Assembly (NCBI GenBank): GCA_965216875.1
Contig: OZ244207.1
Location: 512,001 to 576,000 of the forward strand
DNA: 64,000 bases
Reading direction: 5' to 3'
Source of the DNA: Rubripirellula sp.
GTDB taxonomy: Bacteria > Planctomycetota > Planctomycetia > Pirellulales > Pirellulaceae
This document shows positions 53,156-62,425 of this stretch, piece by piece. A program made the position numbers and the translations under genes. The notes beneath the pieces are model-generated. The model was given only the letters and a program-made list of their open reading frames with translations, had not been told where the DNA came from and did not search any database. Position 1 is the first letter of the stretch. Each line of letters starts with the position of its first letter.

Positions 53156-53220
53156 CGTTTGTAGTGCCGTCTTGGGTCGGAATGCGTGAAGATTCCGGCT
53201 AAAGCTCGGTACTACAAACG
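53156..53220. repeat. GTAG REP-like inverted pair
   Basis: CGTTTGTAGTGCCG ... CGGTACTACAAACG. Confidence 0.7.
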
Positions 53221-53249
53221 GGGCACTGCAGACTACAATCAGCCGGACA

Positions 53250-55355
53250 ATGAGTTCTGATTCGAAGTTGTCCGACGCGCCGCCCGCAAGCCTGCCTTGG
53301 TATCGCAAACTGATCTATTCGATGATCGTGACGGCGGTCTTCTTTGTTCTGGTTGAAACGCTGCTTGCCGCCTTCGGAGTCGGTCGAGTGCTCGACACCG
53401 AAGACCCTTACGTCGGGTTCGACAAACGCATTCCATTAATGACTGTCGAGGTGGACGAGGAGGGCAATAAAGTCGTCCGAACCGCCGACAACAAAACGGT
53501 CTGGTTTAACTCTCAGTCATTTCCGCTGGAAAAAGGTGCGAGCACCAAACGCATCTTCTGTCTTGGCGGGTCTACGACCTATGGTCGACCATACAACGAT
53601 TTGACTTCGTTTTGCGGTTGGCTGCGCGAAATGTTGCCGGTGGCCGTCCCCGATACGGATTGGCAAGTGATCAATGCGGGCGGCATCAGCTATGCCAGTT
53701 ACCGAGTTGCGTCGGTGATGGAGGAGCTTGCGGAGTATGAGCCTGATCTGTTCATCGTTTACACGGGGCACAACGAATTCCTCGAGAGTCGAACCTACGC
53801 CGACATGATGGACGGCCAGGGCGGATGGGTCCGATCCGCAACGACGGCCCTGGGGCGAACAAGGACATGGTCGGCCATTCGCAAAATCGTCAAAACGAAA
53901 AGTCAGGCGGCAACACCCACCGATGTTTTGCCGGGCGAGGTTGATGAAATCATGAACCACACCGTTGGCCCGGCAGACTATGTCCGCGATGTTCAATGGC
54001 GCGGCAAGGTGGTCCATCATTTCGGCGTGAACCTGAACCGAATGGTCGCGATCGCCGACAAAGCCAATGCCAAATTGATTTTTGTGGTGCCGGCATCGAA
54101 TGAAAAGGATTGTTCCCCGTTCAAGAGCGTTTGGCGAGACGATCTAGGCGAGGCAGAGATCGCAAGGGCGGAGGCTCATTTGGATCGAGCGGCTGAGCTT
54201 TTGAATGAAGCAGCAATCGAGCCTGCGATGGAGGAACTTGAGGCGGTGCTTGGGATCGATCCCGATCATGCGTACGCCAATTATCAACTTGGACGTCTTC
54301 TCCTGGGCGCCGGCCGACATGTCGAAGCTCGTGCGCATCTTGATTCCGCGATCGACCAAGACATCTGTCCGCTTCGGGCGGTCGACGAGATCAAGGCTGC
54401 GATCTCGAAGGTTGCCGAGGAAAACGATGTTCCACTTCTCGATTTTGAATCGCTCCTCAAGCAGGCGGCCGTCATCGAGCGGGGGCATGACTTCTTGGGA
54501 GCGGAAGAGTTCCTCGATCACGTGCATCCGACGATCGAAGCGCATCAAGACTTGGCGAGAGCACTGGTGGACACGATGGTCGAGCAGCAGTTTTTGGACG
54601 ATTGCAGGCGTCTAAGCGAGAGTGCTGTCGCCAAAATCGACGACCATGTTCGATCGCAAATCGATCGCCATTCGCAAGGCGTCTCCCTTCGCAATCTCGC
54701 TAAAGTATTGCACTGGGCGGGCAAGTTCGAGGAAGCGGCGCCTCTCGCTGCTGATGCTCTCGAGCTCATCGAGGGTGATCTGGAAAGCCAGTTCGTGCTC
54801 GCGGATTCGCTGATCCAACTTGGAAGAGTCGACGAAGGGATGCGACGTTATGAATCGCTGTTTCGAGAAGGCGAATTCACGCGAGCCTATTTGCCGTTTG
54901 GCCAACTGCTGATCGAATACGGCGATCTGGAAAAGGCCGAGTCGTACTTGTCGATGGCGGTCGTTGTCGACAGAGATGCCAATCGCCGTGCCGCTGCGCA
55001 TGTCAGTTTGGCGGAGCTTTTCCTTGATCGGAACGATTATGAACAAGCTCGGGAATCACTGGAAATCGCCGAGCGAATTCGTCCGGGCAACGTCACCACG
55101 GGGATGATGCTTGCCGAAGCCCAGCAAGGCCTTGGCGAAGATGAAGCGGCAATGAATTCTCTCTACCACGTCCTCGAAACTGCGAACCCGACCAGACCGG
55201 ATGTGTCCGTCGTGCATTATCGCCTCGGATTGCTGCTGATGAAGTCGAAGGACTACGTTGCTGCAATCAACGAATTTGACAACGCCATCGCCGCCGACCC
55301 TAACAACGCTCAGGCCATCGCAAGCAAAACGATTGCGGAACGTCTTGCGGAGTGA
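53250..55355 (+). CDS. Membrane-anchored SGNH-like + TPR protein
   Basis: N-terminal TM, RIFCLGGSTTYG, INAGGISYAS, YTGHNEF, DHVHP and C-terminal TPRs. Confidence 0.85.
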   Translation: MSSDSKLSDAPPASLPWYRKLIYSMIVTAVFFVLVETLLAAFGVGRVLDTEDPYVGFDKRIPLMTVEVDEEGNKVVRTADNKTVWFNSQSFPLEKGASTKRIFCLGGSTTYGRPYNDLTSFCGWLREMLPVAVPDTDWQVINAGGISYASYRVASVMEELAEYEPDLFIVYTGHNEFLESRTYADMMDGQGGWVRSATTALGRTRTWSAIRKIVKTKSQAATPTDVLPGEVDEIMNHTVGPADYVRDVQWRGKVVHHFGVNLNRMVAIADKANAKLIFVVPASNEKDCSPFKSVWRDDLGEAEIARAEAHLDRAAELLNEAAIEPAMEELEAVLGIDPDHAYANYQLGRLLLGAGRHVEARAHLDSAIDQDICPLRAVDEIKAAISKVAEENDVPLLDFESLLKQAAVIERGHDFLGAEEFLDHVHPTIEAHQDLARALVDTMVEQQFLDDCRRLSESAVAKIDDHVRSQIDRHSQGVSLRNLAKVLHWAGKFEEAAPLAADALELIEGDLESQFVLADSLIQLGRVDEGMRRYESLFREGEFTRAYLPFGQLLIEYGDLEKAESYLSMAVVVDRDANRRAAAHVSLAELFLDRNDYEQARESLEIAERIRPGNVTTGMMLAEAQQGLGEDEAAMNSLYHVLETANPTRPDVSVVHYRLGLLLMKSKDYVAAINEFDNAIAADPNNAQAIASKTIAERLAE

Positions 55356-55519
55356 TCAATGAGTCCTCTTTTTGGGTCGAAACGGTTCGTCCCGGCAATC
55401 GACTTCCACCAGGCGGTCTTTGTGGGCGGCGAAACACGCGACTCGTTGACACCACTGCGGTGGTGGGCATGTCGACAAACACTACCAATTCATCTGCAGC
55501 GATTGACCAATAGCAAAGC

Positions 55520-56713
55520 ATGAGCAGTACGTCACCTTTTCGCGGTCACTGGCAACTCGATCAAGAGATCGACTTCCTAAATCACGGTTCGTTTGGTGCA
55601 ACACCAACAGTCGTGCTTGAACACCAACGTCAACAGCAAGACGCGCTCGAGAGCCAGCCGGTTCGGTTTCTCGCTCACGAACGGGAACTCGAGCCCAAAT
55701 TGGATCGGGTGCGTCAAGCCATTGGTGAACTTGTGAATGCCAGCTCTGGTGATCTCGTGTTTGTTCGCAATGCAACCGACGGAGTGAACGCAGTACTTCG
55801 TTCAATGCGACTGTCACAGGGTGACGAAATCGTGATCACGGATCACGGCTACAACGCCTGCAACAATGTCGCGCACTTTGTTGCCGAGAGAGCGGGGGCG
55901 ACCGTCAAAGTTGCGGAACTGCCGTTTCCAGTCGAATCGGACGAGCAAATCTTGCAGCAGATTCTCAATTCATTTTCTTCGCGAACCAAGGTTTTGCTGG
56001 TTGACCATGTCACCAGTGGCAGCGGGCTGGTGTTGCCAATCAAAAAGATCGTTGCCGCCGCGCATCAACAAGGCGTTCGTGTTCTTGTCGATGGAGCCCA
56101 TGCGCCGGGCATGGTCGACGTCGATCTCCAAGACCTTTGCGCCGAGTACTACACGGCCAACCATCACAAATGGTTGTGCGGCCCCAAGGTCTCGGCGTTC
56201 TTGTACGTGCGACCTGATTTGCAAGAAGAAGTGCGTCCCACGATCATCAGCCACGGGGCAAACACGTTGCGTCCAGGACGCGGGCGGTTTCATTCCGAAT
56301 TCGATTGGACCGGAACTCAAGATCCCACGCCGCTACTGGCCACGGTGCGTTCGCTCGAGTTCCTAAGAAGCTTGCGAGGTGGTTGGCAGGAACACCGCGC
56401 TGCTAATCGTCAGCTTGCGCTTGCGGCCCGGGACATCCTGATGGACAGCTTGCAGATTTCGAGGCCAGCACCCGACCACATGATTGGCAGTATGGCCAGT
56501 CTTCCTCTTCCTGCTGGCGACTCGCTGGAACCGGGAAAAGTCGATCCACTTCAAGTTTGTTTGTATCAGCAGCACCAGATTGAGGTGCCGGTTTTTCGGG
56601 TAACATGTGCCCAAACCCGTGTCGTTCGTGTGTCATGCCAAGCCTACAACAGTCTCGATCAATACCAGCGGCTTGCCGATGCCTTGAAGGCTGAGCGAGC
56701 GGTTGGATGTTGA
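55520..56713 (+). CDS. Class V PLP-dependent aminotransferase (isopenicillin N epimerase / C-S lyase-like)
   Basis: FLNHGSFGATP, NATDG, VDHVTS, VDGAHAPG and NHHKW. Confidence 0.92.
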   Translation: MSSTSPFRGHWQLDQEIDFLNHGSFGATPTVVLEHQRQQQDALESQPVRFLAHERELEPKLDRVRQAIGELVNASSGDLVFVRNATDGVNAVLRSMRLSQGDEIVITDHGYNACNNVAHFVAERAGATVKVAELPFPVESDEQILQQILNSFSSRTKVLLVDHVTSGSGLVLPIKKIVAAAHQQGVRVLVDGAHAPGMVDVDLQDLCAEYYTANHHKWLCGPKVSAFLYVRPDLQEEVRPTIISHGANTLRPGRGRFHSEFDWTGTQDPTPLLATVRSLEFLRSLRGGWQEHRAANRQLALAARDILMDSLQISRPAPDHMIGSMASLPLPAGDSLEPGKVDPLQVCLYQQHQIEVPVFRVTCAQTRVVRVSCQAYNSLDQYQRLADALKAERAVGC

Positions 56714-57094
56714 TCGCGCCATAGCGTGGTGGCGGTCGACGCGGTTTGCGATGGAGAAGTCTGCCCGCAGGAGGTTTCCGGCTCATTGCCCGGCAACCCG
56801 CTGAATAGAAACAAAAATGGCCAATGCCGTTCCACGTCTGCCCTCCCTGCATTGTACTTTATCTGTGCTGCGTCCTGCAGCACCAGAGTTACATGGTTCG
56901 GCATTGGCCTATTCCAAAGCAAGGCTGATGATCAGTCCGTTGTTCCTGCTGCCGTCCATGGCTTGGTAAGCTTCATCAAACTTGCCTCGGAATACCCACA
57001 TGTTAACGTTTCTCCAAATACGCAAAACCATCATAAACGTGCAAAGCAATGCGGGTTGCCGCGGTAGCCACGCGATCACGTTCGGAGTCGCTTG

Positions 57095-58135
57095 GTGTTA
57101 GGAATCTGCTTTGAGGAAGTGCGCAGTGTTGCACTTGCGCATGTCGATGATCCAACGATTGAGTCATCACGCGATGCGATCGTCAAGGTTGACCTAGCGG
57201 GACTTTGCGGAAGCGACCTGCATCCTTTCTTTGGACGTGAAGTTGGGATTGATGTTGGCACGGTGATGGGACACGAGTTCGTTGGGACGGTTGTCGAAAC
57301 CGGAAGTGACGTTCGCAAGGTTTGCCAAGGCGATCGCGTCTGCGCACCCTTCACAACGAATTGTGGCGAGTGCTTCTACTGTCGCGCAGGACTCACAGCG
57401 CGATGTGTGGAAGGTCAGTTGTTTGGCTGGCGACAACAGAGCGTGGGATTGCATGGCGGTCAGTCACAACTGGTTCGCGTCCCGCTTGCCGATGGGACGT
57501 TGTTGAAAATCCCCGACGCGGTTTCCAGTGAAGATGCCTTGTTGCTTGGAGACAACTTGAGCACCGGCGAATATGCCGCCGAACTTGCTGAGGTTTCACC
57601 TGGAAACACGTATGCCGTTGTTGGCTGTGGGACAGTAGGACTGTTGGCAGTGATGTCGTCGGTCGCGCGTGGCGCAAATGTGGTTGCGATTGATCCCAAT
57701 CCGTCACGCGCTGCACTGGCAACAAAGCTCGGCGCGCACGCTTTCACCGATGCGGACGAAGCCGCAGAAATAATTGCGTCGCAGACCGACGGGCGTGGGG
57801 CCGACGGCGTGATGGAGCTTGTAGGCCTTCCTGATGCTCAATCGCTCGCCTATCGCTTGCTTCGTCCGGGCGGAATTTTGTCGGTCATCGGGTGTCACTG
57901 TACCCCCAATTTTGCCTTCAGCCCGGCCGATGCTTACGACAAGAACTTGACCTACCGAACGGGGCGTTGCCCTGCTCGACATCAAATGAGCACGCTTGTC
58001 GATTCGCTTTCGCGGGGCCAACTTGACCTGTCCTGGTGCATCACTCATCAGTTCTCGATCGAGCAAGCGGTGGAAGCGTACGATACGTTCGCTTACGGAA
58101 AAGATGGCTGCATCAAGGCGGTTGTTCGTTTTTAG
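57095..58135 (+). CDS. Zinc-binding alcohol dehydrogenase
   Basis: GLCGSDLH, GHEFVG, structural zinc CGECFYC..G...RC and VVGCGTVG. Confidence 0.93.
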   Translation: MLGICFEEVRSVALAHVDDPTIESSRDAIVKVDLAGLCGSDLHPFFGREVGIDVGTVMGHEFVGTVVETGSDVRKVCQGDRVCAPFTTNCGECFYCRAGLTARCVEGQLFGWRQQSVGLHGGQSQLVRVPLADGTLLKIPDAVSSEDALLLGDNLSTGEYAAELAEVSPGNTYAVVGCGTVGLLAVMSSVARGANVVAIDPNPSRAALATKLGAHAFTDADEAAEIIASQTDGRGADGVMELVGLPDAQSLAYRLLRPGGILSVIGCHCTPNFAFSPADAYDKNLTYRTGRCPARHQMSTLVDSLSRGQLDLSWCITHQFSIEQAVEAYDTFAYGKDGCIKAVVRF

Positions 58136-58215
58136 GTTCAACATTGCCAGCTCGCCGTCAGGTATCATGCGTGACGCCTTTTCCATCGCCATTGGTCATC
58201 GATTGAGGTCTCGCC

Positions 58216-59589
58216 GTGCTCTGCCTGCCTTCTTTGCGTTGCCTTCCGAAGCAACGTCTCGCTGTTTGGAACTTCGTCGTGATAGCCGCTTTGGGTGGCT
58301 TCGTTTCGTCTGTCGCCAACGCACAATCGCGTGAAGAGAAAGTACGCGAGGATCGAAAACGTGTCGTTGCCGATGGTTTTTGGATGTACAACGACATCTC
58401 CGGCGCGATGTCCAAAGCGAAAGCGAGCGGCAAGCCTGTCCTTGTCGTGTTGCGATGTATCCCTTGTGAAGAATGCGTCAAGCTTGATGATGACTTGGTC
58501 GACAAGGATCCCGTCATTCGCCCGCTGCTCGAGCAATACGTTTGTGTTCGACAGGTTTCGACCAACGGATTGGACCTCGACCTTTTTCAATACGACACAG
58601 ATCAATCGTTTGCTGTCTTCATGCTCAACGCCGACGGAACGATCTACGGTCGCTTCGGAACACGGTCGCATCAAACGGAGTGGTTTGGCGACGTCTCACT
58701 GAAGGGACTCGCAGCGAGTTTGAAAGGTGGCTTGGAATTGCACGCCAAGTACGATTCGGTGAAAGCGTCTCTGGCCGGCAAACGTGGCGAACCGCTCGAA
58801 TTCAAGTCGCCCGAGAAGTACCCCTCGCTTAAAGACAAGTTTACCGATGCCTTGAATTACAAAGGCAACGTGGTCAAGAGCTGCATTCATTGCCACCAGA
58901 TTGGCGACGCGCGCCGAGAGTATTACCTCGGTCAGGGCAAACCGATTCCCGACGACCTGTTCTTTCCTTACCCGCATCCCAAAGCGATCGGCTTGATCAT
59001 GGACGCCGACACCAAAGCGACTGTGAAGTCGGTTCGCAGCGGATCGATCGCCGAAACGGGAGGATTCCAGCCCGGCGACCAAATCGCGTCGCTCGATGGC
59101 CAGCCCATCCTATCGATCGCCGATGTCCAATGGGTGCTCAATGGCAAGAATCCCGAGGGTGATTCGGTAAAGGTTGTGATTTCTCGTGACGACGTTTTGG
59201 CCGACTTCGAGATTCGGTTGCCAAACGGTTGGCGACGTGCGGATGACATTTCATGGCGTGTTTCGACTTGGCCGTACCGTCGCATGGTGACTGGCGGCAT
59301 GCTGCTTGTCCCCGTCGACGACGAGCAGCGTCGCGAGCTGGGGCTGTCACAAACGGCAATGGCGCTGCGAGTGAAACACCTTGGGCAATACGGTGCCCAC
59401 GCAGCGGCCAAACGAGCTGGCTTCAAGAAAGAGGACGTGCTGGTTTCCTTTGACGGTCGCAGTGATCTGGAAAGCGAGCCAGCTTTGATGCACTACGCAT
59501 TGAGTAACCGAAAGCCCGGCCAACGAGTCGACGTGGTTGTGCGTCGTGGCCGCGAATCAAAAACGCTGCGGTTGCCGATTCAGAAATAG
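58216..59589 (+). CDS. Trx7/PDZ-domain protein (Cys form)
   Basis: Thioredoxin-like [28 protein letters not shown] and two PDZ-like domains. Start position uncertain. Confidence 0.82.
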   Translation: MLCLPSLRCLPKQRLAVWNFVVIAALGGFVSSVANAQSREEKVREDRKRVVADGFWMYNDISGAMSKAKASGKPVLVVLRCIPCEECVKLDDDLVDKDPVIRPLLEQYVCVRQVSTNGLDLDLFQYDTDQSFAVFMLNADGTIYGRFGTRSHQTEWFGDVSLKGLAASLKGGLELHAKYDSVKASLAGKRGEPLEFKSPEKYPSLKDKFTDALNYKGNVVKSCIHCHQIGDARREYYLGQGKPIPDDLFFPYPHPKAIGLIMDADTKATVKSVRSGSIAETGGFQPGDQIASLDGQPILSIADVQWVLNGKNPEGDSVKVVISRDDVLADFEIRLPNGWRRADDISWRVSTWPYRRMVTGGMLLVPVDDEQRRELGLSQTAMALRVKHLGQYGAHAAAKRAGFKKEDVLVSFDGRSDLESEPALMHYALSNRKPGQRVDVVVRRGRESKTLRLPIQK

Positions 59590-59674
59590 CAGCAAGGCGT
59601 CCGAACCTTTTGCGTGTGGTCGATGTCCACTCATACGATTGGACATTTCATTTCGCGCAAAAGTGAGGGCCTGT

Positions 59675-59896
59675 TTGGCAAAGCAAGAAGAACCTTTCAT
59701 CGTCAGCGGCGTCGTGACCGACGCGTTGGCCAACGCACGATTTCAAGTGCAACTCGAAACAGGCGCCATCGTCTTGGCCCATCTCTCGGGCAACATTCGC
59801 CGCTTCCACATCAAAGTCGTTCCGGGCGACAACGTCGACGTCGAACTGTCACCCTATGACCTGGAACGTGGACGCATCGTCTATCGAAAACGTTAA
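59675..59896 (+). CDS. infA: Translation initiation factor IF-1
   Basis: TTG start after [78 protein letters not shown]. Confidence 0.92.
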   Translation: MAKQEEPFIVSGVVTDALANARFQVQLETGAIVLAHLSGNIRRFHIKVVPGDNVDVELSPYDLERGRIVYRKR

Positions 59897-59919
59897 GGCA
59901 AGGTCGTTGAATGTGCTGC

Positions 59920-60645
59920 TTAGGCTTGGGCCTGGATTGCCCGATGTTCGCGCCACATGATCCATGCCGTTAGTCCGACGGCAGCAAACGCGGCTTGGGG
60001 CGTCCAGCAAATGAAGATGCCCAGCAACACCTTGTCAAATTCGATGTCAAGGACGCTGCCAAGCGTAATGGCGACGGCGATCATCACAATGGTTGCCGGT
60101 GTAATGATGGCAACGCGCTGTTGCCAGGTGAGTCGCTTGGGCAAGTAGGCAAACAAGACCAATGCGAGTGGTCCAAAAAGGTAGATTCCCGCAAGGACTT
60201 CGACCCTCGGTGTGAAGGATCGTACCAGTGCAGCCGAGACTGCCGCGAGAACGGTGGTGATCAACAGGCCGCGCAGAGAGAATTGCAGTTTGACTTGCTG
60301 TTTTGATTGGCCGCGGAACCTCTCCATGATGCGATTCAGCTCGGGACGCTTCCAAATCGCCAACGCTCCGATTGCAAGTCCCGCTGCAATGCCGATCGCA
60401 ATGTTGGTCACAAAAGGACCGACCAACAAAGGGTGAGATCCATAACCGAAACCTTCTTCCCAAACCGTTAGCGGGAATCCGATCGCTTCATCGTTGGGCT
60501 CGCGGCTGCCCAGTAGACTGCCCCAACCGCTCGAGCGAAAGAAAAACGACAACGCATTGAGCGATCCAAGGATTAACGCCCCAACGACGACGCCGCGGAA
60601 CATCCAAGCGACCGCACTGTCGGGATCTCGCTTTTTTGACGCCAT
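59920..60645 (-). CDS. Hypothetical multi-pass membrane protein
   Basis: About six hydrophobic segments and the planctomycete-typical QFSLRGLL motif. Confidence 0.8.
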   Translation of the reverse strand: MASKKRDPDSAVAWMFRGVVVGALILGSLNALSFFFRSSGWGSLLGSREPNDEAIGFPLTVWEEGFGYGSHPLLVGPFVTNIAIGIAAGLAIGALAIWKRPELNRIMERFRGQSKQQVKLQFSLRGLLITTVLAAVSAALVRSFTPRVEVLAGIYLFGPLALVLFAYLPKRLTWQQRVAIITPATIVMIAVAITLGSVLDIEFDKVLLGIFICWTPQAAFAAVGLTAWIMWREHRAIQAQA

Positions 60646-60989
60646 CGAAACCACGCCCCAAGAAAAGAAAGAGGAGATGGTGGTTCTACGGTTTGTAACC
60701 AGAATGGTTCACTGCCGAGCAGTTGGTGTCTCCGTGCCATAGTGCTGTGGATTGCAACCTTGCTGCCACCAGAGCAACTTCTTACGCAGTTTGCCGGTGC
60801 CCGTGAGCCGTCAGGCCTCGGGCCCTTGCCGACGCGCAGCGAGCGTGAAGGCGATTAAGGCCCGGCCGCCTACGCGATCGCGGCTCAGTTGTGTGTGAAA
60901 TCCGTAGCCCTAGCCGGAGTCTTGCCCCATTCAGCCAAAGTGCGGGACCACGAACGGTGGTGATCGCCTATTCGTGCGAATAGGTCGGG

Positions 60990-62414
60990 CTATGCCAACA
61001 CGCCTTGCACGGGTGCGGCCGGTTCGACTCCGGTCAAACGCATGTCGAGGCCTTGGTATTTGTAGGCGAATCGTTGGTGGTCGATGCCCAATAGATGAAG
61101 CATCGTTGCATGCAGGTCGCGCACGTGCACGACATCTTCGCTTGCGTGGTATCCAAGCTCGTCGGTCGCACCATGGCTGTGCCCCGCTTTGACGCCGCCA
61201 CCAGCCATCCACATTGAGAATCCTTTGATGTGGTGGTCCCGTCCGGCGCCGCCCTTGCCTTGGAACATCGGCGTGCGCCCGAATTCACCACCCCAAATGA
61301 TCAGCGTATCCTTGAGCATGTCGCGTTGCTTAAGGTCTTGGATCAGCGCGTAGGTTGGCTTGTCGGTCAATCCACAGCAGACGTCCATGTATTGTTTGAG
61401 TCCGCCGTGATGATCCCACCCGCGATGGTAGAGATGAATGAAGCGGACACCACGTTCGGCAAGACGTCGTGCCAGCAAGCAGTTTGATGCGTACGAGCCA
61501 TCACCGGGCTTTGCACCATACATGTCAAGGATGTGTTGTGGCTCGTCCGAAACATCGGCCAATTCAGGAACGGACGCTTGCATGCGAAACGCCATTTCGT
61601 ACGTCGACAGGCGCGTGTCGATCTCGGGGTCACCTGTGGTGGATTGGCGATGTTGGTTCAGTTTTCCGATCGTGTCGATCAATCGGCGTTGTTGGTCTCG
61701 CGAAACACCGTGCGGCAGGTCGACGTAATTGACGGGGCTTCCGCTGCTATTGAACTCGACGCCCTGGTAACGGCTCGGCAAGAAACCGGCGCCCCATTGT
61801 CGCGAAGCGATCGGTTGCGGGTTGCGACCACCGACGCTGGTGAGCACCACAAAGCCGGGCAAGTTTTCGCTTTCACTTCCCAGGCCATAGGTGATCCACG
61901 ATCCCATCGAAGGTCGACCGCTGATGGCCGTGCCCGTGTTCATGAAGGTGTGTGCGGGATCGTGATTGATCTGTTCGGTCACCATCGACTTCACGATGCA
62001 CAGATCGTCGGCCATCTTTTGATGCCACGGCAAAAAATCGCTAATCGTCTGACCGCTTTGCCCATACTGGCCAAATTTGGTCAGCGGACCTTGGCACTTG
62101 AGTTGTTGGCCCTGCAGCTGGGCGATCGGTTGCCCTTTGGTGTACGACTCGGGCATCGGTTGGCCATCGAGCTTTTCCAAAGCCGGCTTGTAGTCAAACG
62201 TTTCGAGGTGTGACGGGCCGCCGGCCATACACAGGAAGATGACCCGTTTGACCTTTGGAGTGAGATGTGGCAACCCGTCGCGGCCAGGACGATTGGCATC
62301 GCTAAACGACGCACTCGACTCTTTTGCAAGAAGCGAGGCGAGGGCGGCGCTGCCGAGCCCGACACCCGTGCGAGACAGGAATGTACGACGATTTGCGTGA
62401 TCAAAATTTTGCAT
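60990..62414 (-). CDS. DUF1501 domain protein (Tat)
   Basis: NRRTFL, MAGGPSHLETFDYKP, GRPSMGSW, ARRLAERGVRFI, GWDHH and GEFGRTP. Confidence 0.94.
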   Translation of the reverse strand: MQNFDHANRRTFLSRTGVGLGSAALASLLAKESSASFSDANRPGRDGLPHLTPKVKRVIFLCMAGGPSHLETFDYKPALEKLDGQPMPESYTKGQPIAQLQGQQLKCQGPLTKFGQYGQSGQTISDFLPWHQKMADDLCIVKSMVTEQINHDPAHTFMNTGTAISGRPSMGSWITYGLGSESENLPGFVVLTSVGGRNPQPIASRQWGAGFLPSRYQGVEFNSSGSPVNYVDLPHGVSRDQQRRLIDTIGKLNQHRQSTTGDPEIDTRLSTYEMAFRMQASVPELADVSDEPQHILDMYGAKPGDGSYASNCLLARRLAERGVRFIHLYHRGWDHHGGLKQYMDVCCGLTDKPTYALIQDLKQRDMLKDTLIIWGGEFGRTPMFQGKGGAGRDHHIKGFSMWMAGGGVKAGHSHGATDELGYHASEDVVHVRDLHATMLHLLGIDHQRFAYKYQGLDMRLTGVEPAAPVQGVLA

Positions 62415-62425
62415 GGCTATTGCGT

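Noticed and set aside
58450..58480. Selenocysteine recoding in the Trx7/PDZ gene
   Set aside because: All the motif codons are TGT or TGC, and there is no in-frame TGA.
59537..59674. Upstream extension of infA (119-aa ORF)
   Set aside because: IF-1 similarity begins at TTG 59675, which has an RBS. The extension overlaps the preceding gene.
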